A stretch of 64,000 nucleotides of DNA from Sphingobacteriia bacterium. Lineage in GTDB: Bacteria > Bacteroidota > Bacteroidia > NS11-12g > UBA955. Location: NCBI GenBank assembly GCA_021151535.1, contig JAGKXC010000004.1, positions 25,513-89,512 of the forward strand, in the 5' to 3' direction. The position numbers and the translations under genes were made by a program. Positions within the stretch are counted from its first letter, which is position 1. Every line of letters starts with the position of its first letter. Positions 48,973 to 60,851 of the stretch are shown here, in pieces. Under the pieces are notes generated by a model that did not search any database, had not been told where the DNA came from, and saw only the letters and a program-made list of their open reading frames with translations.

Positions 48973-50427
48973 ATGCGATTATTTCAAAAAATCTGCCTTT
49001 TCACTGTTTTAGCAATTTCATTGCCATTGGGAGCTATGGGAAGATCTTCTACCAAACATACCCTTGTGGATCATGATTCCGCATTAATTGAGTATTCATT
49101 ATTCGATTTTATTAATCAAATAATAAAATACCATCCATTAATAAAATCTGCTGGTTTAGAACAAGATATTGGGCGAATAAGTATTTTAAAAGCAAGGGGT
49201 AATTTCGACCCTCAAATTCAATTTAATCAGTTGCAAAAATCCTATAATGGTACTCAATACTTTAACCTTCAAAATTTACAAATCAACAATTCAACACGAG
49301 TAGGTGCAAAATTTATTGGAGGAACTGAATATGCAACAGGAAACTATGTGGATCCGATGAATTATGTGGGTACAAATGGATTAAATTATATTGGAGCAGA
49401 ATTACCACTATTACGTGATTTGATGATTGATAAAAAACGAGCAGATCTTCAAAAATCTCGTATTTATGCTCAAACTTCGATAGCAGAAAGAATAATTCTT
49501 GAAAATCAAATTATTTATTCTGCCATTGATTTATATACTGATTGGTTGTTGAATTATGAAAGTGCAAAATGTGTTTCTGAAATTGTTGCCAATGCAGAAA
49601 AACGCAAAAATGCTCTATTAATGCTCTACAATCATGGTGCTGCAACCTCAATTGATACACTTGAAACGCATGTTCAACTCAATCAATACAAAGCAAAATT
49701 GACTGAATTAAACTGGAAGATAAAGAAATCCCAAATTTTATTAAATTCATTTCTCTGGATAGACAATTTCTATCCTGTGGAATTGGACACCATGGTAATA
49801 CCCACTTTCAATAATTTGGATATTATTGATTCGTTGGTTATCAACTGGAAAAGAGAAACCAATTGGCAGTATCAAGATGAATTTCATACATTTCGCACAC
49901 CTCCAAGTTTGGTATATTACCAAAATAAAGTTTTAATTAATGAAATTCAGAAAAAACTAACCCAAAACAATCTCCTACCTGAGTTAAGTATCAAATATCA
50001 ATACTTACAACCATTGAATGAAATGAATTTCAACAAATTCAATTTCAACAACAATAAATTTGGTATTCAATTTAGCGCTCCATTAATTAGATCTTCCATT
50101 GCCGATTATAAAATCGCCCAATTCCAAAAACAACAAAGTGAACTGGAATTCTTAAGCAAACGCAGGGAGTTAATTCAAAAATCAAATGCGTATTTCCAGG
50201 AAATAGAAATTGCAAAAAAACTACAAAAACAATGGTATTCCATTGCTTCAGAAACCCAATTATTATATCAAATGGAGATGAAAAGATTGGAAGCTGGCGA
50301 TGTCAATTTCTTCATAATTAATACCCGTGAAACCCGTGCTTTGGATCAAAAATTGAAGTCAATAGAGGCACAAATTGTAACCTACAAAAGATCCAACGAC
50401 TTATTATCTCTTTTGGGCTATAATTGA
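48973..50427 (+). CDS. TolC-family outer-membrane efflux protein
   Basis: Signal peptide MRLFQKICLFTVLAISLPLGAMG. Two-repeat helical/beta layout typical of OEP proteins. Confidence 0.7.
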   Translation: MRLFQKICLFTVLAISLPLGAMGRSSTKHTLVDHDSALIEYSLFDFINQIIKYHPLIKSAGLEQDIGRISILKARGNFDPQIQFNQLQKSYNGTQYFNLQNLQINNSTRVGAKFIGGTEYATGNYVDPMNYVGTNGLNYIGAELPLLRDLMIDKKRADLQKSRIYAQTSIAERIILENQIIYSAIDLYTDWLLNYESAKCVSEIVANAEKRKNALLMLYNHGAATSIDTLETHVQLNQYKAKLTELNWKIKKSQILLNSFLWIDNFYPVELDTMVIPTFNNLDIIDSLVINWKRETNWQYQDEFHTFRTPPSLVYYQNKVLINEIQKKLTQNNLLPELSIKYQYLQPLNEMNFNKFNFNNNKFGIQFSAPLIRSSIADYKIAQFQKQQSELEFLSKRRELIQKSNAYFQEIEIAKKLQKQWYSIASETQLLYQMEMKRLEAGDVNFFIINTRETRALDQKLKSIEAQIVTYKRSNDLLSLLGYN

Positions 50428-50456
50428 TATTGAAACTCTTAGCTGAAAGTTGCTAA

Positions 50457-52496
<2,040 letters not shown>

Positions 52497-52517
52497 TTTC
52501 TAGGACTTAAACACATA

Positions 52518-53810
52518 TTATTGATAACGAATGGCCCTGATTGGGGCCATTTTTTTTATCCATTGGATCGGTAACAATCCAGATACCATCGCCAGGATCA
52601 ATAAACCCAAATCAATCAATATTACGGCATACCATGAAATTTGTAATTCAACCGTTTTCAGGAAATAAATTGATTGATTTAATTCAATTATTTTAAATTG
52701 ATTTTGAACAAAAACTAAACCCAAGCCCAAAATGTCACCCAAAAGTATTCCCCACAGTAATATGAAACTGCCTTGCCATAAGAATACCTTCTGAATAGAT
52801 ATAATCTTTCCACCCATCGCTTGCAGTAAACCGATCACAGAAATTTTTTCAAAAATCAAAATCAACAAAATTGTTATTACTGCAATTACGGCCACCACAG
52901 CCATCAAAATGATAATAATCCAAACATTGGTATTTAAAATGGATAACCAGTCGTATATCTGGCGATGATATTGACTTGAAGTATTCAAACGCAAATAACC
53001 TGCGGGAATAACAGATTGTGCTAATTCCTTTCCAACTTCTAAGGTTTGACTGGGATCTGTCCAAATTTCAATTTTAGTATATTTCGTTCCAGTTGGTAAA
53101 AATGGAGCGATGAGATCGTTAGCAACATACACAGAATTTTCGTCTACAAAATCAATCCCTGTTTCAAATATCCCTTTAATTTGCAATCGTTTAGGGCGTG
53201 GTTTAGCACCATAATTTTCATCAGATTCAAAAAACACCAATGTAAGCCACTCTCCTATTTTAACCTTTAATTTCTCTGCCTGTAATCGAGAAATATAAAT
53301 CCATTTTCCGGTTTTTTTAATACCCGCATTAGACGAATCTGTTACAATTTCAGAAATTGAATCTTGAGTATTTTCGGCTGCTATTTCAACCATAAAATCC
53401 TTAAAAGATCTTAAAAACTCCTCACTATTCATTCCATTGGCAACTACCCCATCTAACTCATTTTCTGATTTCATAATACAAGCCTTGGAATTTATCATTT
53501 GAACAGCCGTTACTCCTTTAATACTGCTCAAAACTTCATCCAAATTTTTACCAGTTGGCAAATGATTCGAAAATGGCCTAGGTTCAGCACTTTCCGTATT
53601 TCCGGCATCGTCAATAATAAAATCCCCATGCAACTTCACAACCTTGGATTTTATTCCATTTTGGAATCCTTTTACCGACGAAACGGTAATAATCATTACA
53701 GAAACACTCAGCGCAACGGCGGAAATCGCCAAAATCATCATATTTTTGGAAAAAGATTGACTTCCTGCCCGGAGCAATCGAAATGCCATTAACCTTTCCC
53801 AACGATTCAT
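52518..53810 (-). CDS. FtsX/LolE-family ABC transporter permease
   Basis: N-terminal TM, MacB-like periplasmic domain and a C-terminal FtsX-type three-TM bundle. The track's N-terminal extension overlaps the divergent gene. Start taken at MNRWERLMAFRLL (or M at 53786). Confidence 0.7.
   Translation of the reverse strand: MNRWERLMAFRLLRAGSQSFSKNMMILAISAVALSVSVMIITVSSVKGFQNGIKSKVVKLHGDFIIDDAGNTESAEPRPFSNHLPTGKNLDEVLSSIKGVTAVQMINSKACIMKSENELDGVVANGMNSEEFLRSFKDFMVEIAAENTQDSISEIVTDSSNAGIKKTGKWIYISRLQAEKLKVKIGEWLTLVFFESDENYGAKPRPKRLQIKGIFETGIDFVDENSVYVANDLIAPFLPTGTKYTKIEIWTDPSQTLEVGKELAQSVIPAGYLRLNTSSQYHRQIYDWLSILNTNVWIIIILMAVVAVIAVITILLILIFEKISVIGLLQAMGGKIISIQKVFLWQGSFILLWGILLGDILGLGLVFVQNQFKIIELNQSIYFLKTVELQISWYAVILIDLGLLILAMVSGLLPIQWIKKMAPIRAIRYQ
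52531..52558 (+). terminator. Rho-independent terminator after gyrB (lies inside the 3' end of the convergent permease gene)
   Basis: ATGGCCC-(6 nt loop)-GGGCCAT followed by T8. Confidence 0.6.
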
Positions 53811-55164
53811 GAAGTTCAAATTTACTATTCCCATTGCATTAAATACAGCATACCAAAGAATATTCTTTCTGCCGTTCCTAAATAGAAGTGTATTGCTTTT
53901 CGGAGCGGTTACCATTTTATTATCAATAATGGGATTATTCCAAATACAAAACACATTTAACAATCCAGCTCCTACAAATAGTCCAATTCCCCTTGCCAAT
54001 TCAGCTAATTCTAAGACTTTTAATGTAGGCGCTGAAAGATTTTCTGAATATCTATGGCGATTAAAGAATAAACGTGTAATGATTGTTGCCAATCAAACTT
54101 CTATGGTTGGCAATCAACATTTAGTAGACACCTTATTAACCCTAGGCATTAAGATTGTTGGGGTATTTGCTCCTGAACATGGGTTTCGGGGCGATGCGGC
54201 CAATGGTGAACATATTCAAAATCAAACTGATACCAAAACAGGGCTACCCATTTATTCTTTATATGGTAAAAATTATAAACCCAGTAAAGAACAACTAGCA
54301 CAAACCGATATCATAATTTTTGACATTCAAGATGTTGGAGCAAGGTTTTACACCTATTTAAGCACCTTACATTTTGTTATGCAAGCTTGTGCGGAACATA
54401 AAAAGCAAATAATTGTTCTAGATAGACCCAATCCCAACGGATATTTCATAGATGGTCCTATGTTAGAACCTGAAAATGTTTCTATGGTTGGCATTCACCC
54501 AATCCCATTGATTCATGGTATGACATTGGGAGAAATGGCTTATATGATCATAGGTGAAAAATGGTTAAACATCATGTTGCCCATTAAATCCAAAGAAAAG
54601 GTTGCACCCATTCAGATTGACTATTCAGGGATAAACCTGGTAGTTGTACCATGTGCTAATTGGATTAGAGAAAATGGATATAATCTACCTATTCCCCCAT
54701 CGCCAAATTTACCAAACCAAAACGCTATTTTGCTTTACCCTACTTTGGGCCTTCTGGAAGGAACGGTAATGAGTATGGGCAGAGGAACAAATCATCCCTT
54801 TGAATGTTTTGGTGCACCGTGGCTAAAACAAGGGAATTACCAATTTACACCAGAAAACATACCAGGAAAGGCTATAAATCCGCCTTATTTGGGGAAAATC
54901 TGTAGAGGTGTTCTTCTTGAAGATTTCGGTACTGGTTATTTGCGCAGTTATAAACAACTTTATGTTGAATGGTTAATAATGTTAAAGAAGGAATGTCCCG
55001 ATAGTATAACATTTTTTAATCCATTCTTTACAAAATTGGCAGGTACTAAAAAATTCCAAAAGATGATTGAACAAGGAAAATCTGCACAAGAGATTAGAAG
55101 TTCGTGGCTACCAGAAATTTCAGCTTTTGAAGCAAAGCGTAAGAAATACTTACTTTATCCTTAA
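53809..55164 (+). CDS. DUF1343-family protein (exo-beta-N-acetylmuramidase NamZ-like)
   Basis: VMIVANQTSMVG...GVFAPEHGFRGD...IIFDIQDVGARFYTY...LDRPNP are hallmark DUF1343 motifs. The exact start is uncertain. Confidence 0.75.
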   Translation: MKFKFTIPIALNTAYQRIFFLPFLNRSVLLFGAVTILLSIMGLFQIQNTFNNPAPTNSPIPLANSANSKTFNVGAERFSEYLWRLKNKRVMIVANQTSMVGNQHLVDTLLTLGIKIVGVFAPEHGFRGDAANGEHIQNQTDTKTGLPIYSLYGKNYKPSKEQLAQTDIIIFDIQDVGARFYTYLSTLHFVMQACAEHKKQIIVLDRPNPNGYFIDGPMLEPENVSMVGIHPIPLIHGMTLGEMAYMIIGEKWLNIMLPIKSKEKVAPIQIDYSGINLVVVPCANWIRENGYNLPIPPSPNLPNQNAILLYPTLGLLEGTVMSMGRGTNHPFECFGAPWLKQGNYQFTPENIPGKAINPPYLGKICRGVLLEDFGTGYLRSYKQLYVEWLIMLKKECPDSITFFNPFFTKLAGTKKFQKMIEQGKSAQEIRSSWLPEISAFEAKRKKYLLYP

Positions 55165-55170
55165 AGGGGG

Positions 55171-55224
55171 TGTATCATAAAAAAAGGCCACCTATTCATA
55201 GATGGCCTTTTTTTATGATACACA
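55171..55224. terminator. Bidirectional terminator, perfect 21-bp inverted repeat
   Basis: GTGTATCATAAAAAAAGGCCA-(12 nt)-TGGCCTTTTTTTATGATACAC, between convergent genes. Confidence 0.8.
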
Positions 55225-55229
55225 AATAC

Positions 55230-56567
55230 TTATTTGATTTCGAAGGTATTCATGAAAGCGGTAGTAAAATTACCTGCTTTGAAATCTTCATTATCCATCA
55301 ATTGTAAATGCAAAGGTATGGTTGTTTTTACACCTTCTACAATAAATTCACCTAAAGCACGCTTCATCTTAACTATCGCTTCTTCACGGGTTTGCGCAGA
55401 AACAATCAATTTAGCGATCATAGAATCATAGAACGGCGGAATTGAATAACCAGCATAGATATGGGTATCTACGCGCACTCCATGTCCACCAGGGCGATTC
55501 AACGAAGTAATCTTACCTGGACTTGGACGGAAATTGGCATAAATATCTTCTGCATTAATTCTACATTCGATGGCATGTTTGGTTGGTTCATAGTCTTTAC
55601 CCGAAATAGGTTGACCGGCAGCGATTAGAATCTGCTCTTTAACCAAATCATAGTTAATTACTTCTTCTGTAACTGGATGTTCTACCTGAATACGGGTATT
55701 CATCTCCATGAAATAGAAATTTCTATGTTTATCAACCAAGAACTCTACAGTTCCAACACCTTCATAATTGATAATTTGTGCTGCGGCTTTAGCTGCTGCA
55801 CCCATTTTTGCTCTTAATTCAGGCGTCATAAATGGCGAAGGTGTTTCTTCCAATAACTTTTGGTGACGACGTTGAATGCTACAATCGCGCTCAGACAAAT
55901 GGCAAACTTTACCATATTGGTCTCCAGCGATCTGAATTTCAATATGACGTGGTTCTTCAATGTATTTTTCCATGTAAAGACCATCGTTACCAAAAGCAGC
56001 TCCTGCTTCTTGTTTGGCGCTATTCCATGCGTTTTCAACTTCATCTTCTTTCCAGATGATACGCATACCTCTACCACCACCACCAGCAGTTGCCTTAATG
56101 ATTACAGGATAACCACATTCAGCGGCAACAGTTTTGGCTTGTTCAATACTATCCAATAATCCATCAGAACCAGGAATGGTTGGCACTCCTGCTTTTTTCA
56201 TGGTATCTTTAGCATTGCTCTTATCGCCCATAGAATCAATTTGTTCAGGTGTTGCACCAATAAACTTAATTCCATGATCGCGACATAAAGCGCTAAACTT
56301 GCTATTCTCACTTAAGAATCCGTATCCGGGATGTATCGCATCTGCATTTGTAACTTCTGCAGCAGCCAACAATCTAGACATATTAAGGTAACTGTCTTTA
56401 CTTTGTGGCGGTCCGATACAAACCGCTTCATCGGCGAAACGTACATGCAAACTATCCTTATCTGCAGTTGAATAAACAGCTACAGTTTTCACACCCATTT
56501 CTTTACAGGTGCGGATAATACGCAATGCAATCTCACCGCGGTTAGCGATTAGAATCTTTTTAAACAT
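55230..56567 (-). CDS. accC: Acetyl-CoA carboxylase biotin carboxylase subunit
   Basis: [28 protein letters not shown]-grasp motifs, and [14 protein letters not shown]. Confidence 0.95.
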   Translation of the reverse strand: MFKKILIANRGEIALRIIRTCKEMGVKTVAVYSTADKDSLHVRFADEAVCIGPPQSKDSYLNMSRLLAAAEVTNADAIHPGYGFLSENSKFSALCRDHGIKFIGATPEQIDSMGDKSNAKDTMKKAGVPTIPGSDGLLDSIEQAKTVAAECGYPVIIKATAGGGGRGMRIIWKEDEVENAWNSAKQEAGAAFGNDGLYMEKYIEEPRHIEIQIAGDQYGKVCHLSERDCSIQRRHQKLLEETPSPFMTPELRAKMGAAAKAAAQIINYEGVGTVEFLVDKHRNFYFMEMNTRIQVEHPVTEEVINYDLVKEQILIAAGQPISGKDYEPTKHAIECRINAEDIYANFRPSPGKITSLNRPGGHGVRVDTHIYAGYSIPPFYDSMIAKLIVSAQTREEAIVKMKRALGEFIVEGVKTTIPLHLQLMDNEDFKAGNFTTAFMNTFEIK

Positions 56568-56576
56568 AAGTTAAAA

Positions 56577-57059
56577 TTAAGCTGGTTCTACCAAGAAAAG
56601 AGGTTGATCGTATTCAACAGGAGTTGCATTATCAACCAATACTTTTACAATTTTACCAGAAATTTCGCTTTCAATTTCATTAAACAACTTCATTGCCTCA
56701 ATGATACAAACTACTTTACCTGGTTTCACATCATCACCTACATTCACAAATGCAGGAGAATCAGGATTAGGAGTTCTGTAGAATGTTCCAACCATTGGCG
56801 ATTTGATGGTAATCAAATTGTCTGCCTTTGCAGGTGCAGCAGATACGGCTTCTGGAGCCGCAGTTGCAGCCGCAGCTACTGGAGCTGGAGCAGCAATGGC
56901 CATGGGTTGAGGAGCAACAGCAGTTGTGATTTGTGCAGTTGTAATTTGTGCTGGGTTTTTCTTGATTGCAATTTTGAAATCTTTTTGACTGATTTCAACC
57001 TCATCTACGCCACTAGTAGAAACGAATTTGATGAGAGCTTGTATCTCTTTTAAGTCCAT
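56577..57059 (-). CDS. accB: Biotin carboxyl carrier protein
   Basis: Ala/Pro-rich linker and the biotinylation motif [12 protein letters not shown]. Confidence 0.9.
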   Translation of the reverse strand: MDLKEIQALIKFVSTSGVDEVEISQKDFKIAIKKNPAQITTAQITTAVAPQPMAIAAPAPVAAAATAAPEAVSAAPAKADNLITIKSPMVGTFYRTPNPDSPAFVNVGDDVKPGKVVCIIEAMKLFNEIESEISGKIVKVLVDNATPVEYDQPLFLVEPA

Positions 57060-57204
57060 AAAAGAATTTAATTAGGAAGGCAAAGAAAATGAAAAAATGC
57101 CAAAAAACGACGAAAAACCTCTCGATTTTGGGTTTTTTATGCTTAAAAATGGCAAAAATTCATCAAAATCTGTGTTTTTAGGAATTTACCCCATTAAGTT
57201 ATCC

Positions 57205-57855
57205 TTAAAATCTAAATTGAATACCTGCTTGAACTAATGCTTTAGCCATACCAAATTCTGCATAAAATCCAAATTTATCTGAAAAATGATTAGAATTTAC
57301 TCCAAAGGTCAAATCTGCCCCAGGTGTTGTAAACGTAATAAAAGGGATATCCAAGTTTAAATCCGCTAATGTTTTTAATGGATTTGAAACCGAAGCATCT
57401 ACAGAATTAAAACGTAATCCAAGTCCAATCCCCATATACGGATCCCATTTTGAACTGGGAGAAAAATGAAAATTGTACCGCAGGTTCACTGATTGAGTGC
57501 GATACTTAAATGCTACTTCCGTGGGGACATAACGTTGTAAATCATTATTAAAAACTGAATCAATTGTAAGTACTGCATTTACATCAACACCTGCTTGAGC
57601 GTAATTAAGACCCAATCCGGATCTTCTGCCTAATCTCTTTTCTACTTTCAGAAAAACATTGTTCTTCTTATCTAAATCGTAATTTGAATAGTATTGTTTA
57701 CTTAGATTCAAGATCCAATACATCGAATTCATTGTACCTAAACCTGCGTTAATCTGCCATTGGGGAATTTCAACATCCGAAGATTGATTAATTTGAGCAG
57801 ATACGCTTCCATTAAATAGCAGTATGAAAGCCGCAATAGATACAATTCTTTTCAT
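57205..57855 (-). CDS. Small outer-membrane beta-barrel protein
   Basis: Signal peptide ending VSAQ. Alternating strands. C-terminal GIQFRF. Confidence 0.55.
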   Translation of the reverse strand: MKRIVSIAAFILLFNGSVSAQINQSSDVEIPQWQINAGLGTMNSMYWILNLSKQYYSNYDLDKKNNVFLKVEKRLGRRSGLGLNYAQAGVDVNAVLTIDSVFNNDLQRYVPTEVAFKYRTQSVNLRYNFHFSPSSKWDPYMGIGLGLRFNSVDASVSNPLKTLADLNLDIPFITFTTPGADLTFGVNSNHFSDKFGFYAEFGMAKALVQAGIQFRF

Positions 57856-57877
57856 TGATTAAGTATTTAATGCAAGA

Positions 57878-59422
57878 TTACAATGGAATGTTTCCGTGTT
57901 TCTTACGTGGATTTGATTTCACTTTGTTTTGCAATAATTCAAAGGCAGAAATCAATCGCTCGCGTGTTTCTTCTGGGAAAATCACTTCATCCACAAATCC
58001 TCTAGCTGCTGCCCGATACGGATTGGCAAACAAATCGCTGTATTCCTTTTCCTTTTCTTTCCATGCTTGTTCTCTATTGGTTGCCGAATCGATATCTTTT
58101 TTAAAGATAATTTCCGCAGCTCCCTTCGCCCCCATTACCGCAATTTCAGCAGTAGGCCAGGCAAAATTCATATCTGCGCCAATATGCTTGGAATTCATTA
58201 CATCATAGGCTCCACCGTATGCTTTTCTTGTTATTACCGTAATCCTCGGAACAGTTGCCTCACTAAATGCATAAAGCAATTTCGCTCCGTTTGTAATAAT
58301 CGCATTCCATTCTTGATCGGTACCTGGTAAAAATCCTGGAACATCTTCAAACACCAATAAAGGAATATTAAAAGCATCACAGAACCTTACAAATCGTGCA
58401 CCTTTTTGACTGCTATGAACATCCAAAACTCCGGCTAAAAACGCAGGTTGATTGGCGACAATACCAATTGATCTTCCAGCTAATCGTGCAAACCCAACAA
58501 CTATATTTTCTGCAAAATTCTTGTGTACCTCAAAAAATGATTGATCATCAACAACATGATTAATTACATCTTTAATATCATAGGGCTGATTTGGGTTTTC
58601 CGGAACAATATTCATTAAACCTGGACGTGATTCGTTACCGCCATGATATGGCAAAGATGGTGCTCGTTCCTCACAGTTTTGGGGAACATAGCCCATCAAT
58701 TGACGGATAGATTGAATACAAGCTACTTCATTGGGCGATGTGAAATGAGCAACACCGCTTTTTGAACCATGCACCGAAGCACCACCTAATTGTTCAGATG
58801 ATACATCTTCATTTGTAACCGTTTTTACTACATTTGGGCCTGTTACAAACATGTAACTGGTATTTTCAACCATATAAATAAAATCCGTTAACGCCGGAGA
58901 ATATACAGCACCACCGGCACAAGGGCCCATAATTGCAGAAATTTGTGGCACTACACCACTTGATTGAACATTCTTATAGAAAATATCCGCGTATCCACCC
59001 AATGATACTACCCCTTCTTGAATTCTTGCTCCTCCAGAATCATTTAGGCCGATTACCGGTGCACCATTCTGAACAGCTAAGTCCATTACCTTACAAATTT
59101 TCTCAGCATGTGTTTCACTCAATGAACCACCAAATACTGTAAAATCCTGTGAAAAAACATAAACAAATCTTCCATTGATTTTGCCGTATCCTGTTACAAC
59201 TCCATCACCTAGAATTTGTTGTTTTTCCATTCCAAAATCATTAGAACGATGTGTTACAAAAGCATCAATCTCATGAAATGTACCTTCATCCAATAACAAA
59301 GAAATTCTTTCACGTGCAGTGAGTTTACCTTTTTTATGTTGTGCTTCTACTCGCGCAGCACCGCCACCTAACAAAGATTCTTCTCTTTTTTGTTGCAATA
59401 GATCTCTTCTGTTTTCCATCAA
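57878..59422 (-). CDS. Acyl-CoA carboxylase carboxyltransferase subunit (propionyl-CoA carboxylase beta / methylmalonyl-CoA carboxyltransferase-like)
   Basis: [29 protein letters not shown] and [16 protein letters not shown] motifs. Confidence 0.9.
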   Translation of the reverse strand: MMENRRDLLQQKREESLLGGGAARVEAQHKKGKLTARERISLLLDEGTFHEIDAFVTHRSNDFGMEKQQILGDGVVTGYGKINGRFVYVFSQDFTVFGGSLSETHAEKICKVMDLAVQNGAPVIGLNDSGGARIQEGVVSLGGYADIFYKNVQSSGVVPQISAIMGPCAGGAVYSPALTDFIYMVENTSYMFVTGPNVVKTVTNEDVSSEQLGGASVHGSKSGVAHFTSPNEVACIQSIRQLMGYVPQNCEERAPSLPYHGGNESRPGLMNIVPENPNQPYDIKDVINHVVDDQSFFEVHKNFAENIVVGFARLAGRSIGIVANQPAFLAGVLDVHSSQKGARFVRFCDAFNIPLLVFEDVPGFLPGTDQEWNAIITNGAKLLYAFSEATVPRITVITRKAYGGAYDVMNSKHIGADMNFAWPTAEIAVMGAKGAAEIIFKKDIDSATNREQAWKEKEKEYSDLFANPYRAAARGFVDEVIFPEETRERLISAFELLQNKVKSNPRKKHGNIPL

Positions 59423-59485
59423 CGCAAAAATAACAATAATCCTTGTGTTTCAGGGAATATTCCGTTGTGAATTTAAGGAAATAAA

Positions 59486-59511
59486 AAAAGGCCCGATTAC
59501 ACGGGCCTTTT
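59486..59511 (-). terminator. Rho-independent terminator after porV
   Basis: GGCCCG-ATTACA-CGGGCC, with a T7 run on the minus strand. Confidence 0.7.
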
Positions 59512-59532
59512 CGATTTTTATCAATTAAAATT

Positions 59533-60762
59533 CTATTTATCTGAAGAAAATGCGCCTATGTCAAACAACAATGAAAAACGCATTTGATTTTGCAAAGGAT
59601 GACGACTTGCAAAAGGTATCAAATATGCAGCATCAATAGTTAATGTTTGGTATTTAATACCAAATCCAACTGTTGCATATTGTCTACCACCTTTTTGTTT
59701 TGCTTCATAAAATACACCCGCCCTTCCAACAAATTGATCATTATAGGTGTACTCTACTCCTCCACCCATCATTATTTCATTCAATTCCTCTTTAACACCA
59801 CCAGGAGCATCATAAAAAGATTGAACCATTCCTTGCACAACACCTACGTTGGGATCCATTCCTGCTAACAATACCTTTTCTCCATTGGCTGAAATTGAAT
59901 CACCTCCATTAAACTTTTGCAAGTAATAAGGTCTTGTTGGCACCAACAACTTGTTGATATCAGCATAAACACTAATTTTATTGTATTCATCAATTTCAGT
60001 TGAGTAACCTACCCCTAACTTTAAATTTGTTGGTAAGAAATCCATTTTTTCTTTGGACGAATAGGTCATTTTAGAACCTACATTCTGAATATTTAAACCA
60101 ACCTTTAACTTATCATACTTTGGACCATTCTTAATTTCAGTTTTATAGGTAAAATTCACATCACCAGCTCCACCAATGGCTGCTTTATAATCGATTCCAC
60201 CAATGGCTCTATTTCCAGTAAGATTTGAATAAATAAAACGTAAATCAACTCCCCACGAGAAATTTTTATTCAACTTGATTGCACAACCTCCATCAAATGC
60301 GAACTCGTTTGGATTAAAATTACCTGTAGCATTGCCATCTACATCCGTAAACTGAATATTACCCAAAGAAAAATATCTAAATGATCCACCTACAGCAATA
60401 TTGTCGCCCAACTTACCATAACCACTCAAATAACTAAAACCCACATCATCAACCAATTGTCTCAACCATGGCGCATAAGAAAGTGAAAAACCACTTTTCT
60501 TGTTTGCAAAAACCAGATTAGACATATTCCAAGAAACGCTATTAGCATCAGGGCTGAACAACGCAACACCTGCATCGCCCATTGCCGCAGATCTACTGTC
60601 TGGAGTAATCGTTAAAAAGGGAACCATGGTAGTGATTGCATTTACCTCACCAGCCAATTTACCCGTTAAATCTTTCATACTTACTACTTGATTTTGGGCT
60701 TTAGCTGAATTAGCGGTAAATAAAATCGCCATTCCTAAAGAGAAATAAACTTTTATTTTCAT
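59533..60762 (-). CDS. porV: T9SS outer-membrane shuttle/channel protein PorV (LptO)
   Basis: Signal peptide. Conserved ITPDSRSAAMGDAGVA motif. FadL-like barrel length. Immediately downstream of porU. Confidence 0.85.
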   Translation of the reverse strand: MKIKVYFSLGMAILFTANSAKAQNQVVSMKDLTGKLAGEVNAITTMVPFLTITPDSRSAAMGDAGVALFSPDANSVSWNMSNLVFANKKSGFSLSYAPWLRQLVDDVGFSYLSGYGKLGDNIAVGGSFRYFSLGNIQFTDVDGNATGNFNPNEFAFDGGCAIKLNKNFSWGVDLRFIYSNLTGNRAIGGIDYKAAIGGAGDVNFTYKTEIKNGPKYDKLKVGLNIQNVGSKMTYSSKEKMDFLPTNLKLGVGYSTEIDEYNKISVYADINKLLVPTRPYYLQKFNGGDSISANGEKVLLAGMDPNVGVVQGMVQSFYDAPGGVKEELNEIMMGGGVEYTYNDQFVGRAGVFYEAKQKGGRQYATVGFGIKYQTLTIDAAYLIPFASRHPLQNQMRFSLLFDIGAFSSDK

Positions 60763-60851
60763 GTTCACAATGGGCAAAAATAAACCTTTGATAGAATGCA
60801 TCCTAATGAAAAATTACAAGAGTGTAGAAATTAAACGCAAAAATCGCAAAA

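Noticed and set aside
53811-54092. 94-codon N-terminal extension of the FtsX/LolE permease ORF, overlapping the DUF1343 gene on the opposite strand.
   Set aside because: The permease family N-terminus (M..R..MAFRLL plus first TM) begins at M95. The extension has no family similarity and would fully overlap the divergent coding sequence. The CATG start-codon overlap at 53808..53811 is not reported as a finding, because a downstream Met (53786) is equally plausible.
56604-57053. 149-aa plus-strand ORF, together with similar antisense ORFs such as 33489..33962(-), 24055..24450(+), 57855..58208(+), 55860..56159(+), 6840..7181(+) and 48011..48331(-).
   Set aside because: Each lies entirely inside, and antisense or out of frame to, a gene with strong family motifs (accB, clpP, rnhB, carboxyltransferase, accC, C-N hydrolase, HlyD). 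Their translations are low-complexity or Cys/Ser/Phe-rich with no motifs. They are shadow ORFs.
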